A stretch of DNA of 64,000 nucleotides from the NCBI GenBank assembly GCA_951406725.2, contig OX597830.1, positions 29,202,001-29,266,000 of the forward strand, in the 5' to 3' direction. Within the stretch, counting starts at the first letter, position 1; each line of letters opens with the position of its first letter. Shown here in pieces: positions 27,272 to 41,933 of this stretch. The stretch comes from Octopus vulgaris. Its lineage: Eukaryota. The notes under the pieces are model-generated. The model was given only the letters and a program-made list of their open reading frames with translations. It ran no database searches and had not been told where the DNA came from. The position numbers and the translations under genes were made by a program.

Positions 27272-27896
27272 AAACAAGTCAAGAACATTTCAGTACCGGT
27301 TCCGGTCATTTGAGACCTTTTGAACTGTAACTATTAAATAATTAAATTTAGAAAAATTAACAGAAAAGTTTTTTTTAAAAGAATATTTGTATAGTGTTCA
27401 AACATAAGTGGCATTTCCCTTGTTTTTGGCTGTCTCCGTCTCTCTTGTTTATTCTTGTGGGTTCAAGGTTCATGTGAATTCTTGGTAGGGAAGAAGAAGA
27501 AGAAGAAGAAGAAGAAGAAGAAGAAGAAGAAGGAGGTGGAGGAGGAGGAGGAGGAGGAGGGGGAGAAAGGGAGGAAGGATTCGGTATTGACTTGATTGTC
27601 GTTGGTCAGTGGTGGCTAGCTGTTCCTGCTGTTCAATTCATGAAAATATTTCTATTGAAAGGTTTGTTTATAGAATTTGCGTAGGTGTTATACTAAAACG
27701 CATTGGTGATAAAGTTAGGAAGAAGAGGGGGGAGAAGAAAAATAATAATAAGAAGAAGAAGAGAGTGGCTTATTAGCAATTAGAAACCTAATAGCAAAAT
27801 TAATAGAGGTCACAAAAGTGACGGAGGGTGCTGATTAGCACCGCTTATGCTAAAATAACTACAAAGCCACTAACCCTTATTTTAGGATATATATAC

Positions 27897-27934
<38 letters not shown>

Positions 27935-28682
27935 ATATTGTTATATTGTTATGTTTCGGGACGGTCATTTGTCACGTACTATACATTCGATTTATTATTG
28001 CTCTTGTTTTATGTCTTGTTTTTTTTTTTTTTTTTTTTATTTTATCTAGTTTCAGCTCACGAGCTGTGGCCATGCTGGGGCACAGCCATGTCTAGAAAAC
28101 TTTCGTTATTTATGCTGTAACCTCTTCAGCGACTCCTCACACGATGCGTTTCCTCCTCTGTTCTGTTTAGCTTATCCACATATATACATATCTATACACA
28201 CACACACACACACACACATATATTTATAATCAAATAATCTTAAATCTCCTGTTGCAATCTACACTGGAATGTACAGTGTACTTCACCCACATTGGTGACT
28301 TAATTAGTTATATAAATCTCATTTCGTTTTAAAGACCGCAACGTAAAATAAGTTTATACAAAAATAAGTGCACATAGTTTAAAACATCAAACATTTGCAC
28401 CAACAAATTTGTTAGCTAAACAAATATTGATGGTTATATACGGTGTCTACTAGAGTGTAACTCCGCAAGTGTTTGTATTTAAATTAGCGCGTACTCGAAT
28501 GAATTCACAAGTAGGTGTGTTCATGTGTTCACCCGTATCTGCCGAGTAACATTATCCCCATGAATATATATACATACATATTTTTAAACTTTGCTCTTTT
28601 TTTCTATTGGCTTGTTCTCGAAGTACGGTCTGTACATATGCTCTGCTCATTATATATGTGTGTCCGTACGAATATATATACA

Positions 28683-28768
<86 letters not shown>

Positions 28769-28824
28769 TACATATATGCATACACACACGCACACCTATA
28801 TATATGTATATGTATATACATACG

Positions 28825-29090
28825 CAGGCATGGTTGTGTGGTAAGAACCTTGCTTCCTATGGAGTTGGGTCCAGGTCACTTGCGCCCAGTAGAACCCTGG
28901 GTAAGTTCTTTCTTCTATAGCCTCGGGCTATGGTCCCATTGATGTATATTTGGTAGACGGAAACTGAAGGAAGCTCGCACTTTATATCTATATACATACA
29001 TATACATATGTGTGTGTATCTGTGTGTATATGTTTTTCTCCCTCACCACCAACATGGACAACTGGTTTTGGTGTGATTACATCTCTCGTA
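28825..29090 (+). mobile_element. Diverged SINE group A
   Basis: gcaggcatggttgtgtggtaagaaccttgcttcc...tttggtagacggaaactgaaggaagc. Confidence 0.65.
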
Positions 29091-29887
29091 ATCAACGGTA
29101 TCAGAATGTACAATGCATAGGCGATTGATTAAATATTTTCCCTTCAAGTTACGCGTACCGATTTGGAGGTCGTCATATGGCATGCTGGATACGGGTCAGC
29201 AGTCGGTGATGAAGTAATCAAGGACTTTAGCCAAAATCTTTGATGAATTTCAAAGATGAGGTGGACAGAAATGATCGTTTGAATGTTCGACGACATGGTA
29301 CAACCAGTAATTCAAATATGAAACCAGTTCTGACACATTGTGTCATAGTCATTCAACATAACAGTTACTTCAAGAACACACCTGTCTATGCTGGAGCATG
29401 TTTCCCCAGTCCTAAAAGAGTTTTGTTACAGGTATGTAAACCAAGCGACATCCTGTTTCCAGCCGAGACAGAAACTGACAACCGGAAAACCAATCACAAA
29501 TACACATATATACATGTATAACCCCTTGGGCATAAAGGTAGGTTAAATTAAGCATTCAATCCAAGTTATGTGTTACAAACATTGTCGAAGTCCAGACTAA
29601 TACCGAAATTCTTTATGTGTAGAAAATCTTGGTTTTACAACGGTTAAACTGCCGTGCGGGTGTCATAAATAGTAATCTATAATCCAAGTAATAATACCTA
29701 AGACAAATAAATACTTGAAAACATCTTCATTGATTCGTTACTATTGTTTTTGTACCAGCTTGGAAATCAAAGTCACAGAGGGTTTTTGCATTCTTCTTTT
29801 CACCCATTACCTTTCCGATATATGTCCGATACCTGTCCGATTACCTGTTCGATAATGATAATAAAATAGCCCAAAATCTCCACTCGC

Positions 29888-29983
<96 letters not shown>
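29888..29983. repeat. (TAG)n microsatellite
   Basis: Direct reading. Confidence 0.95.
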
Positions 29984-29984
<1 letters not shown>

Positions 29985-30246
29985 TATTGTTTCAAGTTTC
30001 GAGTTATTGTTAAATGGATCATCACCACATTGAATTGATCACTATCAAGCATTTGCGCAGTTCTACTTTAAATAGTGCTTCTCTACTTTGTTTCTAGTAA
30101 CAAAGAAACGATAGTTTTCGCGAAAAAACTATATTGAAGGACCAGATCCATAACTATTTTCCCTTTATTTTTCGCTTCATTAATCTCACTCCTTCTCTCT
30201 CTTTCATATTTGTCCGCAAAGTCACCAAGTCTCTATTATCCAGTCC

Positions 30247-30330
<84 letters not shown>

Positions 30331-30544
30331 TACCTGTGTAAAATGCCAGGCCGTTATTTTCTTGATGTTTTTTTGTAATTATGTAGTTACATAGGATCTG
30401 CTCATATATTGAAATTTTCTCCCATATGGTAATTGCTCCCATAAACTTATTTATTTCAGTGCCACATTCCCCACATTTCTCAAGTCTACCACCACTTATT
30501 TCATATTTATCCCTGTAAGACCATATATTCATAAAACATAGCGA

Positions 30545-30631
<87 letters not shown>

Positions 30632-30699
30632 TTCTCTGTCAATCTGTCTCGCTCTCTCTCTCTCTCTCTCTCTCTTTATCTGTCTCTCTACGTGTATGA

Positions 30700-30733
<34 letters not shown>

Positions 30734-30740
30734 GTGTGTG

Positions 30741-32502
30741 TATACATATATAAAACTGAGAATGTGCGTATGTCTGTCTGTATGCGTGAATCTCTAAAAC
30801 ATGAGATGTAGCCAACCGATTTCATTAAAAGTTTACACATGCATTACTTAGGGTCTGCGGAGTGTCATGGACGAAAATAATTTCAGCTATTTGCCTAATG
30901 CGAGCCCGAAGCTCTCTTTTACACTGCTTCGGTATTACGTGTCAAAGGATAATATTGTTTCACTTTCATTCTTTTACATTTAATTCTAATGTGATAAGAC
31001 TATAATATTGATTCACTTTTATTCTTTCACTTTTAATTGTAATGCGACAACACTAAGATCATCTTATTTCTATTGTATTTGAAATAAATGAATAATTCAT
31101 TTCCTAATGCGAACAACATTACGCTTCGGCAGCTTTACGACTTTAAGTTCACAGCGGCGTAGTGGTGTGTTGACTGACATAACGAAGGGCTAGAATGATG
31201 TGGCAGGTCTAATGTATATAAAAATACACATTTACCGTTCAATTACAAGTTAATAATTATCGCAGCAGTTTCAAGTTTGCAAGGTATTTAAAGTTACATA
31301 TTAACCCTTAAATTAACATTTAATACATGTGCTTATCTATAATAATTATTTTGGCATTTACTGTTACAGTAGAAGTTCGTACAAGTGTTTCTATTTGGTT
31401 AATTTACACTGCATAATAAAATAAAGACATTCGATACAGATTAATGTATACTCTTTTGCATGTTCATAATATTTTATTTACAATATTAAAAAACTTTGCC
31501 ACCAAAGAAAAGACGTGATCTCTCCAGAAACAAGTATAAAGCAAGGAGGATTGTAGAAAATCGAAAGTGAGAGCGTCAACAGAGAAGGGAGATGAGACTT
31601 TCTCAAGATCAGCAAAGGCATACTGCAGCTCATCAGATGGAGTCTCAATACAGAAAGGAGAAGTGTCTTTCCGAAGATCAGCAAAGTCATGCTGTAGCAT
31701 TTAATGCTGAATCATTAAAACAAGGTTTCAATGATTAGCCAGAGGTCCAATAGAATAGCTCTCAGAAACAGAACACGTACAAATTAGTTCTTCACAACGA
31801 CTGGAGCCGCTTTTAGATGTGTTCAATCCAATTCTTATAAAAATTCTTATAAAAATGATAATTCTGTCCAAGTTGGTGTGCTAAACTCAAATTGTCATAT
31901 CTGCAAAGCTTTAAAGTTTCTAAATGAAACAAATGGCATGTGCTGCTTGGGCGGTAAGGTATGATTGCCAGCACTGCGAGCTCCTGATCAACCTCTTATG
32001 GATATTCTGGAAGGCACATCCATGCAGTCAACGGATATTCTGAACAATATCAAACAATGCAACTCTGCATTTCAAATGACATCGTTTGGTGCGTCTAAGG
32101 AGATAGCTGAACATCGATTTATGCCGATGTTCAAAGTGCAAGAGCAAGTCTGTCACCTCATTGCTTCCCTGTTACCCACAAATCAACAACAAAACTTCAG
32201 ACAATGGGTCGTGTTACACGCAGCACCGACCGCCGCAAAGGGGATTATATGCACTGACAGATTTTCGGTACGTTCAAAAATCACATTCGCCCCGTCTCCA
32301 ATTTTACATGACAGGTTAAGGACTGAAATCCTCTAAACGGACGCATGACATGTCGCTTCGTCAAATCAGCCCACAAATAATTTGTCGTCAATGCTGCACT
32401 TTCCCGTAATACCTATTTCAGAATAACTGTAATATATATATATATATATATATGTACATATTTGCCATTTTAATCCAGAGCAACGCCGGGTATCTCTGCT
32501 AG
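30741..32502 (+). mobile_element. Internally deleted Helitron
   Basis: 5' (tc)tatatataaaactgag-like start, RepHel remnant, 3' ccagagcaacgccgggtatctctgCTAG|T. Confidence 0.85.
31868..32180 (+). pseudogene. Helitron RepHel N-terminal zinc-finger region (disrupted)
   Basis: CHICKALKFLNETNGMCCLGGKV*LPALRAPDQPLMDILEG...NNIKQCNSAFQMTSFGA...FMPMFKVQEQVCHLIASLLP matches the RepHel motif CxxCxALK..E..CCxxGKV.LP..NIRxYNSxFQMTSFGA..FKVQGQVYHxIGSLLP. Confidence 0.9.
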
Positions 32503-32524
32503 TAGTTATATATGTGTATATATA

Positions 32525-32575
<51 letters not shown>

Positions 32576-33844
32576 CATACATATGTATGTATATATATAT
32601 GTACTTATATATTGATTAATTGCCCTATATTCATAGCTGATTACCGTCTCCTGCTGTTCCGGATCGTAATGAGCTCTCAGACGAATAATCAGTCCCGTTG
32701 CACATCTGCATGATTGGTATCGTAGGTGCGAGACGACAAAATTTGTAACTTACTGGGTGCTTCCGACTAGATCTGTTTTCAAAACACACCCTCTTCTATC
32801 ACGATAGAATTTTCAATGGATGTGATGAAAATGATGTCAACATAGAGACATGTGTACATCACTGGAATACCGCGAATAACACTCTATGTATTTCCGTGAT
32901 TAATAGCTAGCGACTGGCTGAAGTAAGATGACAGGTAATTAGGAGAAATATCTGTTTATACTTGAGAGCGTCCCCCGGTTACAAAGATGCTGTGATAAGA
33001 GCTAGTGTCCCCGCACTGCTCAGTGGTTGTACTGCACAGTCTGACAACAAGTGTATTTCTGTGTCACCACACTTAAATGGAATGCCATCTCGTGTGCTAG
33101 TTAACCCATTGCTGCCACCGTGACAGGTCGTACTAATCTGAGCCTGAATCCATTTGAGAACAATAGAGTCTAAGACGTTGTTCCACTGCTTCAACCAGAG
33201 ATTGTCAAGATGTTGCAGATTAAAGTCGAACCCAGGTAACGTGTATTCATGCACGTATTGGGATAATTTTGCGTTACAAATTACTAACTAGTTAGCGTAT
33301 GATAAAATAATTATTTGACGTTCGGCTCTGTCATTGTCTCAAATATATCAAAAAAATATTTGCGACCTATCAGTCATACATTGCTAAGTATAATTCAAAA
33401 TGCCGTTTGATTGACCGAAAATTTTCGCAAATCTTAAAAGCTACGTCAACAGTATACACCGTTTTATGTATGTGTGTGTTTGTGTGTATAGGTGTGAGTG
33501 ACTGAGTGTATGTTTGTATGCATATGTATATGTGGGTATCTGTAAGCATGCATACGCACTACGATTTTTTTACGGTTGATCCTTAAATTTCAGCGTTGTT
33601 CTACTTACAAAAAATGTATAAACAGAAATAAAAATAAAGAAATAAATTCACTGTAAAGTGATATTCTTTCTTAAAGAAAACGATAACTCACGTTTCGCTC
33701 GATAAAACGATAATATTGCTGTAAATAAAACTCCTTTCTTTTAACACCTTCTTATTGTCATATTATGCTTGTGTGCGTTTGTATGTATGTGTATGCATGT
33801 GTATTACATGCATATATATACATATGTGTGCGAATGTATGTATA

Positions 33845-33900
<56 letters not shown>

Positions 33901-34085
33901 TAGATAGATAGATAGATATGAATATATATATACATATATACGCATATGTTTCTGTAGGTACATATGTCCTTATATTATTATGATTATTATCATTATTATT
34001 ATCTCTTTTACTCTTAATCATTTCAATCATCCCTTCACTCCCAACATTGTCTTTTTCCTTGTGTCATGTTTCTCTCCCACACCCA

Positions 34086-34140
<55 letters not shown>

Positions 34141-34849
34141 CATAGTAGCTCACTCACTTTCTATTTGTATTTCACTCACTCACTTACTCAAGCAACACCA
34201 AAATGAAAACAGAAAATCTATGATAGTAATAAAATAGAAAAGACAATATCGGTTCCCCCTTTATCTGTATTTCCCTTACATTCTTTTGTCCTTTTTTACT
34301 TTTCTGCCTACATTTCTTTCTTTACTTTTTTCTTTCTCCTTTCCTTTCACCCTATATTTTCTTTGCTCAATTCATGAAAACTATCTCCATTTCTCATTTC
34401 TTTTTCTATTCTTCTTTACTTTTTATGTCAATTCTGGTTCCAATTATCGACTGTGGGATGCACTTTACTTCTATCTATGCCATATGTTGATGAAATGAAT
34501 AGAAAGAACGTTCTGGCTTGTAAATTCTACAACGTTCATGGTTTGAATTTACTCTTAAAATATAGGACACACAAGGTTAATCTTTCACATAGACAAGCAA
34601 AATTTATTTTGTTGTTTTTGTTGTTCCTTATGTTTTTTCTTTGTAAAGGAAACAGCAAAGATAATGGATGAGTCAAGGACGTTCATATATCCTATCTCTT
34701 AATGAAATGCTCTGAAACTGAACTATGTTTCACCTAGAAAAATAAAAGATATGGCCGTTAAATATTTCCGTCGATGGAAACTAGATTAACAATAATAATA
34801 ACATTAAAAAAAGCAACAAGAAGGAGAATAACAACAATAACAATAATAT

Positions 34850-35060
34850 TGATTTCAAATTTTGGCACAAGGCCAGCATCTTACGGGAGGGGGTAAGTCT
34901 TTCCATTGACCCAAGCGCTCAACTGGTACATATTTTTTGACCCAGGAAGTATGGAGGGCAACGTCAACCTCAGAAAAATTTTGAACTTAGAGCGTAAAGA
35001 CGGACGAAATGCCGCTAATCATTTGCTTGGCGTAGTAACGATACTGACAACTCACCGTCC
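34850..35060 (-). mobile_element. SINE group C
   Basis: Reverse-strand group C core and tail (tttcaaattttggcacaaggcc). Confidence 0.6.
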
Positions 35061-35089
35061 TAATAATAATAATAATGCACCCTTCTCTA

Positions 35090-35485
35090 CATAATGCAAC
35101 CTTGCAGGATGCATATTAGAAGTTGTTTCAGATGACTTTCCACTGGGGCCCTTCCTTTTTTTTTTGTTTTTTGATGTTAGCCATGTGACGTGAGGAATTC
35201 TTTGGGGTTTGGATAATTCACCTCTGGAAACATGGGTGTTTCATTAAACAACCCTTATTCAGGGACCTTTTGAGTGGGATGGGCTACTCAACCTGAAGAA
35301 AATTCTAACTGAGTCTGCAAGGTCATGCGTTGTTAATCTTCATATGAGATCCCCATGTCGCGCACATATGGTTGTGATGCATGTGCCTGGTGTACCCTTA
35401 TCAGACGAGTAGTCATGATGGGTATACTCGGCTTCGTATATTTTACCCCAGTGTCACTTTGATGACATGCACTGCTCTCTCACTC

Positions 35486-35487
<2 letters not shown>
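35090..35487 (+). mobile_element. Probable non-LTR 3' UTR fragment between (TAA)n tracts
   Basis: Non-repetitive block bounded by taataataat at 35061 and 35488. Family not identified from sequence alone. Confidence 0.4.
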
Positions 35488-35527
<40 letters not shown>

Positions 35528-36241
35528 TGTGTGTAAGGTTTTAGCATCGGTTGAATAGAAATTTAGACATGCCAGAGATGGCCAATATCTACACTCGATA
35601 ATATATCGGGATTATAAAATCAAAATGGCTGACAAATGTTACAAGTACCATCCTGAGGTTGAAACTGAGAGAAAATATGTAACGATTCTTTGGGACATTC
35701 CAGTATATAGAGAATAGACCGTCAAAGCTACGAATCAATATATTGTGAAACTGCCTATTGTTTGACATGAGCATGCCTTGTGATCATAATATCTCAGCAA
35801 AAGTATTTGATAAGCTTAGAAAATATAAAGTTTTGCTGAGTTAAATCGTAAAAGGTGTAGTACCTCAAGACGATTATAATACCAGTGATTGTAGGAGCAC
35901 TTGAAATTATCAAAAAGGGAACTATAAATTATTTGATGATGATCCCTGGCAGGAAGTGCAGAAAATTGCCCTAATTTGTACGTCACACATATTGAAAAGA
36001 GCAGTGTCGCTGTCAGTTTTCTTTTCTTTTTTTCCCCTTATTTTTCTTTATTACCTTTTTATCATATATTTTCCTTTACTCTTATGTCTTTCCTCTGCAT
36101 TATTTTCTACTTCTATCACCTTACTTTGTAAATGATCAATCTGGCGTGTTTATTCTAATATCCTACCAACGTATACTGTGAGCCCTTGGTGTTGGGAGGC
36201 CAATCGGCAAGAAATGGAAACAATAATGAGAGAATATGTTA
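35528..36241 (+). mobile_element. 5'-truncated RLE non-LTR retrotransposon (R4/Dong-like) in (TAA)n
   Basis: CKVLASVE*KFRHARDGQYLH...VTILWDIPV...CLLFDMSMPCDHNISAK..DKLRKYK...IPVIVGAL...QEVQKIAL..TSHILKRA, with stops and frameshifts, ending ~36012. (TAA)n on both flanks. Confidence 0.8.
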
Positions 36242-36251
36242 GTAATAATAA

Positions 36252-36324
<73 letters not shown>

Positions 36325-37969
36325 AAGAAGAAGAAGAAGAAGATATTCTTTCGTGTTAGTGTTACGAAATCGTGCGATTTTGGACAAGAATTGAACAATC
36401 AAGACTATATGAATTTTGTTGAATATTAATATAAGAAAAGTGTCGTGAACTACCAACACAAATAGGGAAATGCAAGAAACACTGAATCCAAAAGGGAGAC
36501 AACCACATGAATCTAATAGGACCATCCCACCTACTATGGTTGAAGAATCCTAAAAAGGAAGACGTTTGACTTTCATCTGTGCTTTCCGATTTATATTCAC
36601 TTCGGCCTTAATCACAACTCATACCAACAGTTCAGGAGACGTAATGGTAAATAACATTTCTTAATTAACCGTTACCTTTTACTCCATGAAATATGCTCCA
36701 TGAAATAGATAATAAATATGATGAGAGATTAGCAGTTAGGGAAAATATCTGACGAAATATTTTAAAACTTATTCTACATTATCACTTCACGGAAAATAGA
36801 TGTTGGAGATATGTATCTGCCCACACTCTTCAACGAAAAGTAGCAAAATGAAGCTCACGGGGGATTCAAGTGAGGGAATGCGCGAGAACTTGTTTTCTTT
36901 TGAAAACAGCTACCCCTTATAGACGTTAAGGAAATATACACATTAGAAGGGGTAGCGGAATCTGAGACATCAGTGTTTCTGCTTTGATATTCCTCGTCAT
37001 TGAGAGACACAGACATGGACTCCAATGTTTCACAAGGGCCATTGGTTTATTTAAAGAATTACAAATTATTGTCTGAAGTATGACCAAGGTTTCTAATTTG
37101 TTATTAAGTCATTGAGGAGCCCACCCAACAACAAAGTTCAAAATGGTGATCTTTTCTATTCAATTTATCATTTAGCCGCAGACTTGGTCATGAATATACG
37201 TTTTGAAGTCACGTTTCTTTTTCTGGAAACAAATTAACTTTAGACAATATTTGTTGACAACAGAGGCTTCATTGATATAGCAGACTTTCATATATTGGTG
37301 TCCAGCACGTCCCTGTTTTTGAGAGTCAGTGCCAGAGAACTCTGAGATTAAACAAATGCAATTGCTTTTATTTTCAAAATTCGGTCAACAATATATTTGT
37401 GAATGAAGGTTAAAACGTACAAAGCTAGTATTAGTTTTGTGTACAGACACACACACACACCAACACAAAACACTCACTTATAGACACACGCACGTCAAGA
37501 CACACACATGCATATAGCGATAAAAAGAATAGAGAGAAACAGAGTAAGTGAGAATGGGAGATAGGGACATAGTAGGTGCATCCGACACAAAAACCCACAG
37601 GAGTTTTGTTCGTAATCTTCGTGTTTTTTGGAATCGAGGAAAAAAAAAATTACTAATCCAAAAGCGAGACGGGCAAATCGGATGTCTAGCATTATTTATT
37701 TAGATCCATCCCAGAGCCTATGTGAGAAGTAGTGTTACAGTGCCACCTATTAGCATACGCCCTGGAACGTTGGGTAGTCTTTATCAGAGATTCTGAAGTT
37801 GAAGGGACTGAACGGATACATATTACATTTAATGCTCAACACATTTGAAAGACAGAAGGACCCTTTTCAGGCATTAGGGACTTTATCCGACCGAATGTCT
37901 TGAACATAAGATTCATATTTTTACAGTCAAATGAAGAAATCAAACATACAAAAGGAATTTTAATTTTAG

Positions 37970-38015
<46 letters not shown>

Positions 38016-38630
38016 GTCTGTCTCTCTATCAATTTGTTTGTCAGTCTATCTATGTCACTGGCTTGTTCATTTGAATTCTTCCGGTCATTGGACTATGGCC
38101 ATACTGAATAGCCGCATTAAAGTATTAACTCCAACAAATCCGAAACTTTTTAAAGTTTATTAATGGTACTTTTGAAGATTTCCGAGGAACCGTTATATTA
38201 TGGTGCCGTAGAACAAAAAGAAAAAGCCTACAGCGGATTGCAAGCTGTGCAGAGAGAGACACAGAGAAGCACAGTCACATACACACACACATAGGAACGT
38301 GCACAAATATGTATGCATATAAACACAACGGGATTCCACACAGTTTCTGTCCACAAATTTCAGATATGCAAGATACTGTAAGCGTGTGTCTTTGTGTTTA
38401 TGGCACAGAAAAACGCGGACATAACATATAAATGTAAGAAGACTACATACTTTTAACGACATATAGATTAGAAGATTTATTTTATCTTTATATTAACCAA
38501 GTTAAGATGTAGCTATAAGCTTTTGACTATGGTTACGCCTACCCTCACACGTACAAACCTACAACCATAACTGCGTTCATAAGAAAGCACAAGTACGTGT
38601 CGGTATATATAAATATATATGTGTATGCAA

Positions 38631-38739
<109 letters not shown>

Positions 38740-39601
38740 CTTGCATATGTATATAACATAACAAATGTTAAATAAATGAATAAATATATAGAGAGATAAA
38801 AAAGAGAAAATCACTTCCAAGTATTTCGTTTCCGAATTTGACTAAGTGACGACTAATTCCTGTCGAATACTACTCCATTAATTTCGTCTTTTCTTACATC
38901 CGTAACCTAACAAACATCGATTTTTATTTCAGAAATATACTAATACATACTTTTACACATACGCGTATCAATAGGAACATACCTGTATATACTTACGTTC
39001 CTACATACGAACACACAAAACAGACATATACGGATACAGACTCTTGGTCTCTGTCTATCTCTCTCTCTCTGTAACTCTCTCTTTCTCTCTCTCTCTCTCA
39101 CACACACAGACGTATATACACACAGATGTATATATATATATATATACACAAACACTCATATATTACATTATACTTATGAATTTTTTTTTTTTCTCAGGAT
39201 AATCATTTAATGCGGGTTTTTTTTATTATTATTTTCTCCTTTGAAATCTTTTTCAGGTGTCTCTGATCATATTTTATAAAAGGTACATGAGACTTAAATA
39301 GAAATATAACGATTAAGTTTGGAAGAAAAAATATTAGTAATAAGAAGCGGGAGAAGAATACATTGTAAAAAAAAAAAAAAAAGCACCCACCACATAAAAA
39401 AAAAAATATCGAGATAAATTAAACATGGGAAAGATCAAACTAAAAAAAAAGGGTAGATGGAGGAAATGAAAGGAAAAAGTAGGTAGACAGGCACACACAG
39501 ACACACACACAAACACACACACACACACATATATATAAATGTATGTATATATATATATGTGTGTGTGTGTGAGTGTGTGTATAAACAAATGTGCATGTAT
39601 G

Positions 39602-39653
<52 letters not shown>

Positions 39654-39800
39654 CTGTATGTATCGTAGCTCTAAAATATACACACGCACACAGATATATA
39701 CACTCATTTATATCAACGTATCTGTGTATCTGTTAATCTATTCATCTAGCGATATACATATATATATATATTGATATGTATATACATACATACATATATG

Positions 39801-39848
<48 letters not shown>

Positions 39849-39958
39849 CATGTGTAAATGCATATATATATTTATATATATAGATAGAATTATAGGTCTG
39901 TATATATATATTTACATATATTTACATATATGTATGTATATATATGTATGTAATATAT

Positions 39959-40018
<60 letters not shown>

Positions 40019-41274
40019 TAGGGGAGAGAGATAGGGAAGGGCGATTGTGTAAGTAAGAACTGAGATTAAGAGTAGACATTTAGAGGACAGTGTGCGAAAA
40101 CTAGTAGAAAGAGATTGAAAAATGAAAGCAATAACATGAGGGAGAGATAATGTAAAATTTTAAGAGCTGTGTTGCGAGGTAAACTTAAAGTAATAATGAA
40201 GTGTAGAGAATCAGAAATACATATAGTGACATAAAATTTTTGAGTGATAGAAAATGATAACACGAGAGAGAGAGAGAGAGAAAGAAAGAGAGAGAGAGAG
40301 ACTGAAGAGAGAGATTGGGTTAGAGCAGTATATTCAATAGAAATAAATGCTTATAGATGAAGTGAGTGAGAGTGAAGGAGACTGAGACGAAGCCCATTAT
40401 GTAGAGCTAAATAGTCATATATCCTCAATTATTTCTTTTTATGGATCTTTTATAATCACATTTTGGGGTTACCTACCAAACCATTAGAGATATTTACTTT
40501 TTAAGTGATTGCTAAATATATATATACGGTAAATGTCTAAATGCGTATCTGAATTAGTATAAGGGAATTCACAAGTTCGCACACATACACACACAGACAC
40601 AAACACACACTCACACAAAATGTATGTACATCAATGTATACACATGTACAAATTTATGCCTATAACATACACGCACGCATACTTACAAGCATAAACATGT
40701 ATGTAGACATATATACACATGTACACATACATATATATATATATATGTATATATATACATATAATATATATATATATATGTATGTATGTCTGTATATATA
40801 TATATATATACGTACATACATGGAAACATACATTTATACATGTATACATTTTACATACATATATTATATCAATTCGTATATATGGGTATTTTCAAATCTT
40901 CATACATGATATTCATAAATTCACCTTTACTCGCAAATGTTATATACTACGAGAAAACATTTTTTTTTTAAATGATGCCAAAAAAAGAAAAAAGAAAGCT
41001 CAAACAATGTCTAATTACCAGATCGAAATATTGTTTGTTTAAATATCTAAAATAAAAATTACATGTACATATGTTAATCTAAATGTTATACACATAAAAC
41101 AAATTAATGCGTGTGTGTGTGTGTGTGTAGATTTATGTTAGTGTATTTATGTACCCCTGTACATAATTCGATCATCGGCCGCTGGCCATTCTGGGGCAAA
41201 ATCTCGAGGGCTTCGTGTTGTGTAATTCACCCCAGGAATTAATTTATCCAAATCTTTCGTCGTATCACTATGCT

Positions 41275-41440
41275 ACCTAATGCAAACAGACCAATACCGG
41301 TTGTCAATCGGTGGAGGAAAAAAAGAAACAAAAATGCACTCTGATATCAATACAAACATATAACTCTGTTCAATTCCTAGACCCGGTGGTGTGTTGTGTA
41401 CCCGCGCAAAACACTTCATCTCACGTTGCTCTGCGATCAC
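41275..41440 (-). mobile_element. Diverged tRNA-SINE related to 45362-45535
   Basis: Plus-strand ttcaattcctagacccggtggtgtgttgtgtacccgcgcaaaacacttcatctcacgttgctc resembles the 45362 SINE body. Orientation of the flanking part is uncertain. Confidence 0.35.
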
Positions 41441-41759
41441 ATCCACAACTGACGCGCGGCACGTCGTACAATCGTTCAGACAACGTTGATTTGATGAAGA
41501 GAGTGACCTAATGTGCAGCACGAACATTTGATCACTAAAAACAAATCATTTGTTCAAGTCCCACGGGAAAACCTAAATGCCCATACGCGCTCTTCGACGG
41601 GAGTGGGCACCATGTTTATATAATATATAAATACACACACAGACACAAATATGTACAAATATTATTGTGGGGTAGTTCACTTCTCTACATCTTCTATATA
41701 TATATCAACCGATCGTGGCCGTTGCCAGCCTGCACTGGCTCCTGTGCCGTAAATGATGA

Positions 41760-41848
<89 letters not shown>

Positions 41849-41867
41849 CATGTAGATATACATATGC

Positions 41868-41933
<66 letters not shown>

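Noticed and set aside
29240-29470. ORF with THCVI and a CAG|GTATGT donor-like site
   Set aside because: Could be a very decayed hAT transposase or an exon, but the similarity is too weak to call without a search.
32979-33254. Non-repetitive 91-aa ORF
   Set aside because: No recognisable domain or convincing splice sites.
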